Notes under the pieces: generated by a model
Told to the model about the DNA's origin: nothing
The model's input: only the letters and a program-made list of their open reading frames with translations
Database searches by the model: none
Made by a program: the position numbers and the translations under genes
Source: Candidatus Omnitrophota bacterium
GTDB lineage: Bacteria; Omnitrophota; Gorgyraeia; Zapsychrales; Zapsychraceae
Direction of reading: 5' to 3'
DNA: 64,000 bases
Assembly: GCA_015233115.1 (NCBI GenBank)
Contig: JADFYJ010000003.1
Span: 104,536 to 168,535 of the forward strand
Part shown: positions 17,321 to 29,300 of the stretch, one piece after another
Layout of the letters: the number at the start of each line of letters is the position of its first letter
Position numbering within the stretch: position 1 is the first letter of the stretch

Positions 17321-18571
17321 ATGTCATTGAAAAATGTTGATCCCGAGGTGTTTCAGGCGATCAGTCAAGAACTCGACCGCCAGAAAAATAATTTGGAATT
17401 GATCGCTTCCGAGAATATCGTGTCTGAAGCGGTTTTGGCGGCGCAAGGTTCAGTCTTGACGAACAAATACGCGGAAGGGTATCCGGCGGCGCGCTGGTAT
17501 GGTGGATGTGAATATGTAGATATCGTCGAGCAACTGGCCATTGACCGGGCTAAAGAATTATTTGGCGCGGAGCATGTGAATGTTCAGCCGCATTCTGGTT
17601 CTCAGGCGAACACGGCGGTATATTTAGCCGCTTTAGAATATGGGGATACTGTGCTGGCTATGGATTTAGCTTGCGGCGGTCATTTAACGCATGGGTTAAA
17701 TATTAATTTTTCCGGCAAATCATATAAGTTCATCGGATATAAAGTTAATCATGCTACTGAACAATTGGACTATGATGAGATTGAGGCTTTAGCTAAACAG
17801 CATAAACCTAAGATGATTGTCGCTGGAGCATCGGCTTATTCCCGGACCATTGACTTTAAAAAATTCCGCGCGATTTGTGATTCTGTCGGCGCCATGTTGT
17901 TTGTGGATATGGCTCATATTGCCGGACTGGTCGCGGCGGGTTTACATCCTTCGCCTGTTCCTTACGCGGAATTTGTGACCACGACCACGCATAAGACTTT
18001 ACGCGGTCCGCGCGGCGGCATGATTCTCTGTAAAGAAGCATTCGCAAAAAAAATCAATTCCCGTATTTTTCCAGGGATTCAAGGCGGGCCTTTAATGCAT
18101 GTGATCGCGGCTAAAGCCGTCGCGTTTAAAGAAGCGCTGGAGCCGTCGTTTAAAGTGTATCAAGCCCAGATCATAGCTAACGCTAAAATTTTTGCGCAAG
18201 AATTAGAAAAATTAGGGTATCGTATAGTCGCTGGCGGGACAGATAATCATTTGTTTATGGTTGATCTCCGTCCTAAAAATATTACCGGGAAAGAAGCCGC
18301 GCATGTGCTGGATTTGGTGCGGATTACGGTTAATAAAAATTTGATTCCCTTTGATCCCCAGCCGCCGACAGTAACCAGCGGCATCCGAATAGGAACACCG
18401 GCTGTGACCACCCGCGGCATGAAAGAAAAAGAAATGCTGCAAATCGCGCATCTTATGGATCAAGCGATTATAAATCGTAATGATCAAAAAGTGTTGGCGA
18501 GCGTCAAAACAGAAGTAGAAAAATTAACGAAACAGTTTCCGATTTATGAAAATCTTAAAAGCGGTATGTAG
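17321..18571 (+). CDS. glyA: Serine hydroxymethyltransferase
   Basis: [34 protein letters not shown]. Confidence 0.98.
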   Translation: MSLKNVDPEVFQAISQELDRQKNNLELIASENIVSEAVLAAQGSVLTNKYAEGYPAARWYGGCEYVDIVEQLAIDRAKELFGAEHVNVQPHSGSQANTAVYLAALEYGDTVLAMDLACGGHLTHGLNINFSGKSYKFIGYKVNHATEQLDYDEIEALAKQHKPKMIVAGASAYSRTIDFKKFRAICDSVGAMLFVDMAHIAGLVAAGLHPSPVPYAEFVTTTTHKTLRGPRGGMILCKEAFAKKINSRIFPGIQGGPLMHVIAAKAVAFKEALEPSFKVYQAQIIANAKIFAQELEKLGYRIVAGGTDNHLFMVDLRPKNITGKEAAHVLDLVRITVNKNLIPFDPQPPTVTSGIRIGTPAVTTRGMKEKEMLQIAHLMDQAIINRNDQKVLASVKTEVEKLTKQFPIYENLKSGM

Positions 18572-18666
18572 TATGTGGCATGTCGTATGTAGTGAAAAAT
18601 AAAAAATCAAATAAAACCTTGCTGGTTTATAGTTTTGCTACATACGACATACTACGAACCACATAC
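18563..18666. repeat. Family D inverted heptamer element between glyA and nrdR
   Basis: Left arm contains glyA stop (GGT ATG TAG); right arm CTACATACGACATACTACGAACCACATAC. Confidence 0.85.
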
Positions 18667-18683
18667 TTTACATAATTTAATCT

Positions 18684-19148
18684 ATGAAATGTCCTTCTTG
18701 TCATTACAGCGATACAAAAGTCGTGGACTCCCGTTTAGGCGGAGACGGGAACTCAATCCGACGGAGGCGAGAGTGTTTAAAATGCCAGCATCGTTTTACG
18801 ACTTATGAATATGTGGAACATGTTCCTTTGTTGGTTGTCAAACGGGACGGCCGGCGTCAGCCGTTTGACCGTGAAAAAATTATTTCTGGTTTGATTAAGG
18901 CATGTGAAAAGCGGCCGGTGAGTATTGAAAAAATTGAATCCATCACCAATGAAATTGAGCGGTCGATCCAGAAAAGTTATGATCAGGAAGTAAATTCTAA
19001 AGATATCGGCGAAATGGTCATGGAACAGTTGATGCTGACCGATGAAGTGGCATATGTCCGTTTCGCGTCCGTGTACCGGCAGTTTAGAGACGTGAATCAA
19101 TTTATGAAAGAATTAAAAGGCATGATGGACAAAGGAAAAAATGATTAG
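18684..19148 (+). CDS. nrdR: Transcriptional repressor NrdR
   Basis: MKCPSC, VVDSR, IRRRREC..C, RFTTYE, ATP cone, [11 protein letters not shown]. Confidence 0.97.
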   Translation: MKCPSCHYSDTKVVDSRLGGDGNSIRRRRECLKCQHRFTTYEYVEHVPLLVVKRDGRRQPFDREKIISGLIKACEKRPVSIEKIESITNEIERSIQKSYDQEVNSKDIGEMVMEQLMLTDEVAYVRFASVYRQFRDVNQFMKELKGMMDKGKND

Positions 19149-19551
19149 GGTTGAGCTAAGTAAAATTATTATTGATGAAAAAAGACAGGATCAGGTGATC
19201 GTTTTGAAAGAAAAAGACGGCGATCGTCAGTTTCCGATCATCATTGGGTTGATGGAGGCGTCTAGTATTAAGATGGAGCTCGCTAAAGTTAAGTCGCCCC
19301 GTCCTTTGGCTCATGATCTATTATACAGTGTGACAGTCGCGTTAGACGCTAAAGTTGAGTCATTAGCTATTGATAAAATGGTGAAAGGTACGTTTTACGC
19401 CAAATTAATCTTGATCGCTAAAGATGGTACCCGTAAAGTTATTGATTGCCGACCGTCGGACGGAATTGCTCTCGCGGGCCGTGCCAGCGCGCCGATTTTT
19501 GTTTCCGAAGAAGTCATGAAAAACGCGGATATTTATAGAATAGAAGAGTAA
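19141..19551 (+). CDS. Bifunctional nuclease family protein (DUF151)
   Basis: [28 protein letters not shown]. Confidence 0.88.
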   Translation: MIRVELSKIIIDEKRQDQVIVLKEKDGDRQFPIIIGLMEASSIKMELAKVKSPRPLAHDLLYSVTVALDAKVESLAIDKMVKGTFYAKLILIAKDGTRKVIDCRPSDGIALAGRASAPIFVSEEVMKNADIYRIEE

Positions 19552-19558
19552 TAAAACA

Positions 19559-19745
19559 GTATGTCGTATGTGGTATGTAGAATGTAGTAAAGAAAAGGCG
19601 AATGGTAAAAAACAAAAAATAAGTAAATTGGAGAGAATGGCTTCTGACTTGCCTAAATCTAAAACATTTCGTTTTACTGACGTCTGCTTTTCGAGTCTTT
19701 ATTAATTATTTCTCAACCACATGCGACATGCAACATACTACATAC
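19559..19745. repeat. Family D inverted heptamer element
   Basis: Left GTATGTCGTATGTGGTATGTAG followed by GAAAAGGCGAATGG; right CCACATGCGACATGCAACATACTACATAC. Confidence 0.85.
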
Positions 19746-19764
19746 GATTAAATTAGGACAACAA

Positions 19765-21195
19765 ATGTCTCGTCTTACCGATTTCCCATATTTAGTTTCT
19801 CTTCGAGAATTATCCATCCAAAAAGGCTGTAAAATTTATTTAGTCGGCGGTTTTGTTCGCGACTTATTTCTAAATCGGTTCAATAATGATTTTGACTTTG
19901 CCGTTGAGAAGAATGCTCTTAAGCTAGCTGAAGCGTTTGCCCAAAAAATTAAAGGGGCATACGTGTTGCTTGACGCAGAAAATGTGTGCGGCCGGGTGGT
20001 TAAAAAACAAAAAGGGCAGATTTATACTTTTGACTTCGCGCAGTTTCGCGCGCCTACGCTCAAACAAGATATCAGCCACCGGGATTTCGCGATCAATACG
20101 CTTTTGATCAACCTGAATGAGTCTGATTTAGAAAAAAATTTTAAAGACTCAGTTGAAGATTATAAAAAAGGGCGAGATGACCTGAAAGCAAAAAAAATCC
20201 GGATGGTTTCTTCCAAAGTTTTCCAGGAAGATCCTTTGCGGATCATGCGGGCTTACAGCATTCGGGCCGTTTTAAATTTCAAAATTGATCCGCAAACTTT
20301 AAAACAAATTCAAAAAGATCTTAAGCTTCTGCACAGCGTTTCCGCGGAACGTATCCGGGAAGAATTATTCAAAATTCTGGAATCTCCCCGGTCCGCTATC
20401 GTGTTGAAGGAAATGGACCGCATGGGATTGTTGAGAGAAGTGATCCCGCAAATACAGGTCATGAGCGGCTGCCGGCAGGGTGGATATCATCATTTGGATG
20501 TTTGGAAGCATTCTCTGGAAACTCTTCGCCAATATGAAAAAAATCTAAACAATTTTGCTGGTTTTCCGCTGGAAATATATTTGAAAGAATCAGTCAGCGG
20601 GATACATACTAAAAATGGCTTGATCAAGCTGGCATGTTTGTTGCATGATATTGGAAAACCGGATACGCGAAAAAAAGAGGGTGACAGATTTGTGTTTCAT
20701 GGACATGAACATGTTGGCAAAGGCATTAGCCGGCATGTGGCAAAAATGTTAAAATTATCGACGGAAGAACGGCATTGGCTGGAAGATTTAGTCCTGTTGC
20801 ATTTGCGTCCTGGATATTTAGCGAATTTTAAAGTTCCCAGTTCTAGAGCGGTATTTCGTTTTATGCGGGACGCGGGTGAAAAAGCTCCGGCAGTAGCGGT
20901 TCTGGCTATGGCAGATCAATTAGCGACCGGCGGACCCATGACTACGAAAGAAGCCACAGAGCATCACGCCCAGATCTGCCGGCGTTTGATCAACGGATAC
21001 TTTAAAAAATTGTCTGAAAAGCCGGTGGTGAAATTAGTTAACGGGAATGATGTCATGAAAGCCTTGAAAATTAAGCCTTCGCCGTTAGTCGGGAAAATTT
21101 TGCGGGAAATTGACGAGGCGCAGGCATTGGGAAAAATTACAGATAAAAAAATGGCCTTGGAATTAGCCGTGAAAATATTAAACAAAACTTCTTGA
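19765..21195 (+). CDS. tRNA nucleotidyltransferase / poly(A) polymerase family protein with HD domain
   Basis: YLVGGFVRD..DFDF, RDFAIN, EDPLRIMR, SAERIREE, LLHDIGKP. Confidence 0.9.
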   Translation: MSRLTDFPYLVSLRELSIQKGCKIYLVGGFVRDLFLNRFNNDFDFAVEKNALKLAEAFAQKIKGAYVLLDAENVCGRVVKKQKGQIYTFDFAQFRAPTLKQDISHRDFAINTLLINLNESDLEKNFKDSVEDYKKGRDDLKAKKIRMVSSKVFQEDPLRIMRAYSIRAVLNFKIDPQTLKQIQKDLKLLHSVSAERIREELFKILESPRSAIVLKEMDRMGLLREVIPQIQVMSGCRQGGYHHLDVWKHSLETLRQYEKNLNNFAGFPLEIYLKESVSGIHTKNGLIKLACLLHDIGKPDTRKKEGDRFVFHGHEHVGKGISRHVAKMLKLSTEERHWLEDLVLLHLRPGYLANFKVPSSRAVFRFMRDAGEKAPAVAVLAMADQLATGGPMTTKEATEHHAQICRRLINGYFKKLSEKPVVKLVNGNDVMKALKIKPSPLVGKILREIDEAQALGKITDKKMALELAVKILNKTS

Positions 21196-21211
21196 AATGA
21201 ATTGTCAAACT

Positions 21212-21366
21212 GCGCGCGGGCTGGGACGGTTTGCATTCAAACCAAATCCCTCGCTCAAACAACCTTGGCGAAGCGAGAGCATGACGAAGCTGGGATCACG
21301 ACCGAACCGCCAAGGAAACTCGCTCTGGGATTCGGTTTAAACGCAAACCTATTTATTGGGCACGCG
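21212..21366. repeat. Family C hairpin element, copy 4 (expanded inner loop)
   Basis: Same outer stem; inner CCTTGGCG...CGCCAAGG encloses a longer insert. Confidence 0.88.
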
Positions 21367-21410
21367 ATTTTTTAATTTTTTGTGTTTTGAATTGAAGAGG
21401 ATTAAGGGAT

Positions 21411-22199
21411 ATGAAAATAAAAAATTGCGAACTTGAAATCATTAAAGGGGATATCACGAAATTGTTGGTTGACGTGATCGTTAATCCGGCGGCAATGGGG
21501 ATGGATTGTAATCCCGATGAGCATAAGATTCGCTTGGCTTGCGCGAGCGCATTAACTTCGGCAGATCAATTGAAAGTTTCAACGATTGCCTTTCCCGCTC
21601 TCGGCTGCGGTGAAGGTGGCTTTCCTTTGATTGGCGCGGCTAAAATCATGGCTCAGGAGGTATTGAAATTTTTGAAGTTAAATCAGAAAACTTCACTTAC
21701 TAAAATTCAATTTTGTCTGTATGATGAAGAGGCATATAAAATATTTTTTAACACAGTCACAGGCTATGTGACACATTTTCAGGATACGTTAGGCGATGGG
21801 CCGTATGTGACGACAGATATTATTATTGAGATGGACGGCGGGATTGTTTTGATTGAGCGTTCTAATCCACCGTTTGGTTTCGCGCTGCCTGGCGGTTTTG
21901 TGGATTATGGTGAAGAATTGGAAACGGCAGCTCGGCGGGAAGCAAAAGAAGAAACGAATTTAGATCTGGAAGACTTGCGTCAATTTCATGTGTACTCAGC
22001 GCCGGAACGCGATCCGAGATTCCACACTGTCACTTTAGTTTTTTCCGCGAAAGGCCTTGGTCAGCTTCGAGCGGGTGATGACGCGGCGGCTGCAAAGATA
22101 GTAAAATTTGCGGATCTAATGAAATACGAATACGCGTTCGACCATAAAAAGGTGATTAAAGATTATTTGAATTATAGGCAAAGAGGCGACAAATTATAG
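21411..22199 (+). CDS. Macro-domain (internally deleted) / NUDIX hydrolase fusion
   Basis: GDIT..VDVIVN and IAFPALGCG macro motifs; Nudix box GGFVDYGEELETAARREAKEET. Confidence 0.85.
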   Translation: MKIKNCELEIIKGDITKLLVDVIVNPAAMGMDCNPDEHKIRLACASALTSADQLKVSTIAFPALGCGEGGFPLIGAAKIMAQEVLKFLKLNQKTSLTKIQFCLYDEEAYKIFFNTVTGYVTHFQDTLGDGPYVTTDIIIEMDGGIVLIERSNPPFGFALPGGFVDYGEELETAARREAKEETNLDLEDLRQFHVYSAPERDPRFHTVTLVFSAKGLGQLRAGDDAAAAKIVKFADLMKYEYAFDHKKVIKDYLNYRQRGDKL

Positions 22200-22210
22200 G
22201 TTATAGTTGA

Positions 22211-22295
22211 TGTCATTCCCGCGGAGGCGGGAATCCAGTTTAAAATATTATGAAGAATATTTATGGATCCCCGATAAAGGCTCTCGGGGATGACA
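22211..22295. repeat. GTCATTCCCGCG-type palindromic miniature element
   Basis: TGTCATTCCCGCGGAGGCGGGAATCCA ... TGGATCCCCGATAAAGGCTCTCGGGGATGACA; right half recurs at 37615-37646. Confidence 0.85.
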
Positions 22296-22345
22296 ATTTT
22301 TATTTTTTGACATACTACGGGCCACATATTTGTAGAAACAAATTT

Positions 22346-23233
22346 ATGAATAAAACCACCAATAACGAAAAACAACAGGCTGCCGGGAGTTCCGTCATTG
22401 CGGCGTTCGGGTTGACTGCTTTTAAAATTATAGTCGGCTTTATGACCGGAAGTTTAGGGATTATTGCCGAAGCCGCGCATTCGGGGTTAGATTTGGTGTC
22501 AGCGGTGATTACAGCTTTCGCCGTAAAAAAATCTGCTGAACCGGCAGATCGGGAACATCCTTATGGTCATGGAAAATTTGAAAATCTCTCCGCGTTCACG
22601 GAAACCATTTTACTGTTGTTTACGGCCGGATGGATTATTATCACGGCCATGAAACATATTCTTACGGGGAAAGTTGAAATAGAGGTCACGATATGGTCTT
22701 TTTTAGTTATGATCACGTCGATTATAGTTGACGTTAACCGTTCCCGCATGCTTTATCGGGTAGCAAAAAAATATAACAGCCAGGCGTTAGAAGCAGATGC
22801 CCTGCATTTTAGTACGGACATTTGGAGCTCGGCAGTGGTTATTTTTGGTTTGTTTTGTGTGTTATTGAGTCAATGGATTAAAGGATGTGAGTTTTTGTAT
22901 TATGCGGATTCTGTGGCCGCGATCATTATCGGGCTTATTGTCATTCGGATCAGTATGAAATTAGGAAAACAAACCATTGATTCTTTATTGGATGCCGCGC
23001 CCAAAGGGCTGGATATCAAGATTAAATCCGTCGTAGAAGTTTTGCCATACGTTAAAAATTGTCATCATATCCGCATCCGTTCTCTTGGGCATCAGTATTT
23101 TATAGATTTGCATGTGGTTATGGATGGAAGTATTACTTTGCGTGAAGCCCACTCGTTAACAGAAGGGATTGAGCTGGCCATCCAGGCAATAATCCCTCAA
23201 GCCGATGTTACGGTTCATCCTGAACCAAAATAA
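22346..23233 (+). CDS. Cation diffusion facilitator family transporter
   Basis: AEAAHSGLD, PAD.EHPYGHGKFE, ALEADALH..TD, C-terminal VTVHPEP; start moved past repeat DNA. Confidence 0.93.
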   Translation: MNKTTNNEKQQAAGSSVIAAFGLTAFKIIVGFMTGSLGIIAEAAHSGLDLVSAVITAFAVKKSAEPADREHPYGHGKFENLSAFTETILLLFTAGWIIITAMKHILTGKVEIEVTIWSFLVMITSIIVDVNRSRMLYRVAKKYNSQALEADALHFSTDIWSSAVVIFGLFCVLLSQWIKGCEFLYYADSVAAIIIGLIVIRISMKLGKQTIDSLLDAAPKGLDIKIKSVVEVLPYVKNCHHIRIRSLGHQYFIDLHVVMDGSITLREAHSLTEGIELAIQAIIPQADVTVHPEPK

Positions 23234-23356
23234 AATAGCCTCTTCGATTGGCAAAGCCGCCTATATATATGGCATACTTGTCATACTTCTTAAAAAAGTA
23301 AAAAGTAAAAATTCAAAGTAAAAGTAAAGCAAATCAGAAATAACATAAACAAAGTT

Positions 23357-26300
23357 ATGTTTAAGAAAAGTATTGTCTATTTTTTAATTTGTATATTTGT
23401 ATTACAAAATATTGTGATACCGGTGAGGGCTCATGCCCAGGTTTCGTCTGTGTCTGCGAGTGCAAATGTCCCGTTTGTCCCCCCATTGTTAAGCGGCATC
23501 ATAGTTGATTCGCAGAAACCATTTAAGTTCGATTTCCTGCTTGATACAGGCAATCGAAAATTAAATCAAGAAGAAATGAAGAGCATATCAAATCAACTTA
23601 TTAAATATTTTCTCGCCGCCTTAACCATTCCTGAAAATAAATTATGGGTCAATTTATCGCCGGCCGAACCAAAAAGAATCGTTGACACTCAATTAGGCCA
23701 GACCGCCATGGGCCAGGAAATGCTCGCAGAAGATTTTCTTTTGAAAAAATTAACTGCGTCAGTCCTGTCCCCAGAGAATGAGGCAGGAAGAAAGTTTTGG
23801 GATGCTGTTTATGAAAAAATATATGAAAATAGAAGAGAGAAAACAGAAGAAAGACAAGCCACAAAAAATAAAGCAACACCATCAATCGTTTCTAATCTAT
23901 CAGCTCTCGTCTATCCTCTATCGTCTGATAATTTTGATATTCCCGTCGACATTCTCTCCCGCGTCTGGATCGTTCCATCCGAAGCAGAAATATATCAAAA
24001 TGGCAATAAGGCCTATGTCGTTAAAGCAAGATTGAAGGTTATGACGGAGAGGGATTATTTAAGGACACAAAGGGACGAAAAAAATAAATTGATTCAAGAA
24101 AATATCATTCCTGTCCTCGAAAAAGAAGTCAACGAAGGCGAGCAATTCGCGCCTTTGCGTCAAATTTATTACTCTTACATTCTGGCCATGTGGTACAAAA
24201 AAACTTTGCATAACAGCATTGTAGCTAATTACGCGGATAAACAAAAAATTTCAGGAATAGAGAATGGCTCTCCTGCTAACATTCAAAAAATCTACGATCA
24301 ATATTTAACCGCTTTCCGCAAAGGCACCCAAGGCATTATAAAAGAGGAGTACGACCTCAATTCCCAGCAAATCGTCCCGCGGAAATATCTGACCGGTGGG
24401 GTCATATTACAAGGTAAATACAAAGTTAATCCAGACGGTGCCATGTTGCTTAAACCGTATGGTCAAATTTTTCAGGTTGCGGGAAATTTTGAGAATTCTA
24501 ATCTGACTGATCACGCGATGATTAATAATCTTACCGCGACGAACGATGTTCCCGCTATGTCATTGGATTATTGGAAATTGAAGCAAATGGGATTAAGACA
24601 AATTGGCGGCGGTGAGCAGACCCAAGTTGAATCAATGGAGGGCTGGCCCTTTGTGGTGAAATCTTTCTGGCCTTATTTGACGGATCGAGAAAAAAACGTT
24701 GCGATTTATGGTTATGATGTCACAGGGAAATCTGCTGGAGGATTAGTGGCTGAATTCGTTTATGTTAAAAATTATTTGAATGAGGTAGAAAAAATTATCA
24801 TGCGAAAAGCGGAAAGGACTGTTGATGGTGAACTGACTCGTTTAATAAAAGAAAAACATATAAAAGAATCCAAAAAAATATTGGATGAATATTTTGATTT
24901 GTTAAGCAATTTAATAAGACGAGGGCTTTTTCCTTGGGACGCAGGGTTCCAACATATAGGTATAATTGAGGGAAAACAAGTGGTAATTGATCCTGGGGTA
25001 TTTGTAAAAATTAATGATCCCCTGCGGTGGAATAGTCTGGCATTGCAGCTTGAGTCAAGAAAAGAAACATTGGAAGATCAATTTCATAGTCCTGAACTGG
25101 CAGATTATTTTCAAACCTTGATTGATGCGAAGGGGTTTACTTTAAATAAAATTGCAGAATCAGTTGGAAAAATATATGGGTTAGACTCCCCGCAAAGCAT
25201 GCCGGATATCAGTCAGGACATAGCAGAATCGATAACGGCAGCAGATTTGGAAAATGACCGGGCGATGATGGTCAAAAAATCTGTTGAAGCGGCATCCGCT
25301 GCCCAGGGCCGTTCTATTCAGGAAATACCACTTATATCGCAAGTCCAGAAGCGTAAGCCGATTCCAGATGACGTTAAAATTTTTGTGTTTGACTGGGATG
25401 ACACCATCTCGAAAGCTGTCTCTGAAGCTGCCTCTTACATTCAAGCGCCGGTTTTAGCTATGCTGATGACAGGAAAAGAAAATTCCGCGGATTTGACCGC
25501 TGAAGAAATCGAACATGGCCGGCAATTTTTTATGAATACTTTAGGCCGCACGGATGAGCAGCGTTATCAAGACGCCATAGCTTTTTCGAGCGGCAAGTCG
25601 GAACATTTTCAAATTAAAGAGCTTTTAAAACAATATTATAAAAATCAAGCAGACTTTATTGCTTCGCATTTGGCAGATTGGCGTCGGGAAATGAACAAGC
25701 ATTTGGTTCCTGGCGTATTGGACTTCATTTTAACTTTACGAGAATATGGTTATAAAATGTATATTTTATCCGCAAACGCTTATTTGAACGAACTCAAAGT
25801 CGTTGATGCTTTGGGTATGGGTAGTTATTTTTTTGAACTCAAAAATGTTACTAACGCGGGTGAGAATAATGCGGATTTTTCTAAAGGTGCAGAGCTGGAA
25901 AAATTGGCGCTGCGTGAGGAAGTGCGGCCGGACCAAATTGTGATGATTGGCGATGGTTCAAGTGATATGCGGGGCGCGCGGGAAGCCGGAACAATCTCCT
26001 TAGCTGTGGCGGAAGAATTCAATAAACAACTATCCATGGCAGAAAAATTTGATCCCCATATCATAATTCCGGATTTTCGTGATGTAGGCACATTAGTAAA
26101 AATTTTACAGCTGAAAGCCCAACAACCTCTGGTGGCTGGGGATGAAAAAATAATTTCTTCTTCTGTGGTACTGCCGGAAACAAGAGAGTTGTTTCATTGG
26201 CTAAATATTTCTATGGAAAGGACAGACGTTTCCCTGCCTTATCAATTGGTGTTGAGGCCATTTTTTCTTAATAAAAGAAAAACAGATTTTGAAGATGTCA

Positions 26301-29300
26301 TGGCGCCTAAACCAGCAGGGGTTAAAGAAAGATATCTTGCGGCATTGCCAGTCCCGGTACCGCAGCGAATTTCAATAGAAAAATTTTCGACACAAATCAA
26401 AGATCCCCAAACCGCAAAAACTGGTATTGAATTGGTTTTACGCCGGGTAAGACAGTTAATCAACGCTGGCCAATGGATTGGCCCGTTTGGCGGTTATGCG
26501 AAAATTAAAGAATATGCGGTAAATGTTATTAATGATTCCGCAATGATAGGTGATAATTCAAAGGCCCGGTCATATCTTAAAGCGGCAAGAGGACGGGTTT
26601 TGGAATATGATCCGTTTTTGGCGGCATTGATTATCGGTCATGGTGGACCATTGGATTTTGAACGCGATTTGTCAAAGTATTTTAAGTCATTTATAAAAAT
26701 CAAAGATCATTATAATTTACAGTCTTTTAACTTTGGTGAAGAAGTAGCTATAAAAGAATTTGATCGCTACCAGACTATGTCTATTGATGAATTGGGGAGT
26801 GTCGTGAGCGCATCTTTGGGTGCTATAACGCGGTTACAGAATGTTTTAGAATCGGAAGCAAAAAATTTGTCATTGAAAACTTTGAATAAAAACCTTAATG
26901 ATGATGCTGTAAGAAGGGAAAGATATTTCAAAGAATTACAACGGCGCTATACTTCTTTGTTTGCTAATAAAAATTTTTATGAGGATAATAAAGCCGAGAT
27001 TGCGGACTATATAAAACAATATTACGTTAATACAACGATTATGATGCGGGCTTTCTGGTCTAAAATAGAAGCAAAGGGTTGGTTAAATGATGATGACCCG
27101 GAAGTTAAAGAAGCCTGGCGTGACATCAAAGGTTTCTTTGATAAATGGATTCCAAATTTCGAACATTTGGCTATGTTTCTTGACGAAAATTTTGTCAACA
27201 CCTGGAAAAAAGAGGGCGTGACTATTGATAACTTAAATAATTGGTTAGATCCCAAAGATCAAATTTGGGATTCCAAAGGGAATAAATATCAGGTAACTTT
27301 TCATGGAACGCAGAATAAGCTAGAGGCGTTTTGGCCGGACAAATTAGTCCATTTAGCGATCGAACGGTTGATTTCAAATGGATATCATGCCATTGAAAAA
27401 AATGCCGCGGAATTAGATGATCAACTTGAGCATGTTGATTTATATTTAGAACAAAATGAGGAATTGGCACAAAAAGGACAAGTAAAGATTAGTATTGAAA
27501 ATCCCGGACGCATTTCCTATAAAGTTGTCACCAAAGATCAGATTAGTCCGATTATGGATTGGGAGCTGTTTTGTAAATATGTAATTATGAGCGGGTGGGG
27601 ATGGCAAATTAATGAAAATGAAGTGCGTTTAGGGCAATGGGATCAAGAACATTTGAAAGCATATTTTGAAAGTAAGGCTGAACAGCTTTTGCCTATTTTG
27701 GAACATGCCCAAGAACGAAGCGGGTTAGAACTTGATCCTGAAAAGGGTTTGCCGCAGATTTTGTTGTTAGATCACACCAGATTTAATTATTCCCATGGTA
27801 TAGGTTTGCCGTTCGCGGTGCGGGTATTTCAACGCATGGGGGGAAAGGTGGAGATAAAAAATACCGAACACGGAAAAATTCCTTACACCCGTTTTGAAAT
27901 TACCCTGCCTTTATCGCCGGAAAATGTTTTTAATGATCATGCCATGATGGGTAGAGGGCATGATGCGTCATTGGAAGAGATGTATCGTCCAACTCTATGG
28001 TCGGAAAAAGAAAGTCAGTTAATCGGCGCGGAAATCGCGGAAGAAACAGGCTGGGTTGAAAGCACCCCTAAAAACGTCTTTATCCCTCCGGATCTAAAAA
28101 AGCAATTTTCATGGATGGGTGACAATCCTATTACGGTTTATTCGTCTGCTTTCGCGCGTAACATTAAATGCATGGTAAAAATCGGGTATTTATTTTTTAT
28201 GGCTGAGGCGGATTATGACGATTTACCTGCTGACATCCAAACTCAGATTAAACACAATGTCATTTGGACTCAAGAATATTTGCCTAAAACATTATTAGAT
28301 CATCCGCAAGCGTGGGCGACGATTTTAAGTATGATGATGGCTGACTTATCAGCATTTCATACTATCGTTGAAGATCAAGGGGAAGGAATATTATCCGCCG
28401 TAGCCTTGAAATTGGGCGTAGCCAAAGCGTTAATTGTGTCCTCACAGGGTGACCAAAAGGCGACAATTAATAAAAATTTGTACGTCAATGGAATAAACGA
28501 AGAACAGGTTGAAATAGCGGCCGGAACAATGGCGCGGCCTGAATTTTTAGGGGAATATTTAGATGATAGTTTAGGAAAAGTCATTGTTGTATCCAATGGT
28601 GAGGCGCATGGCTCAGAAAAAAGGCAGCAAATTTTTAATTTTATTGAACGGTTTAAGGATGATTTAAATACTAAAGCCGTTATTTTGGGAAGCTATGCTG
28701 TTGATGATGAAGGTGCTCAAGCCATGCGTTTTGATCTGAATTTTGCTTTAAGAAAGGGGCTGGTTACAGACAATATTTTTTTCAAAAGTCCGCTGGTGCA
28801 GGTTGATAATATGGCCGCTCTTTTTATTCCAGTTCATACGTTAGAAATGCCGGCTGGTCTAGAGTCGAAAAATTTTCCCTATGAACAAGATAAAGCCATG
28901 ATTTCAGACGGGCAAACGTTGAGTCAAATAAGCGCTTCTTTGGATAAATTAAATTATGTTTATCAGGCCATGATCCAGCGCAAGGCAGATATGTCTAGAG
29001 TAAAAGCGGCGGATATTCTGGCTGAGGACATATTGCGGCATGATATTCATAAGGTCGTAGTCGTGGGGACGGGATTGACTTATTTACCGGTTTTGTTATC
29101 TTTATCCGGGTTGGAGGTTATTTTTATTGATAATGACGAGGCAAAGAAAGAAGCCATAGATATTTATGTTCATTACTGGGCAGAACAATTTCATGTTAAC
29201 GTAAATTACCGATCTTACAAAGTGGCATTTGGTAGTTCTGAAGCTGCGGCAGCCTTGAAAGAGGATTTAAATAGATTTGATTTGGTTACTATGGTTGATT

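Noticed and set aside
23292-23330. AAAAGTA tandem run upstream of the giant gene as a separate feature
   Set aside because: Possibly another arm class, but low complexity and no partner arm seen
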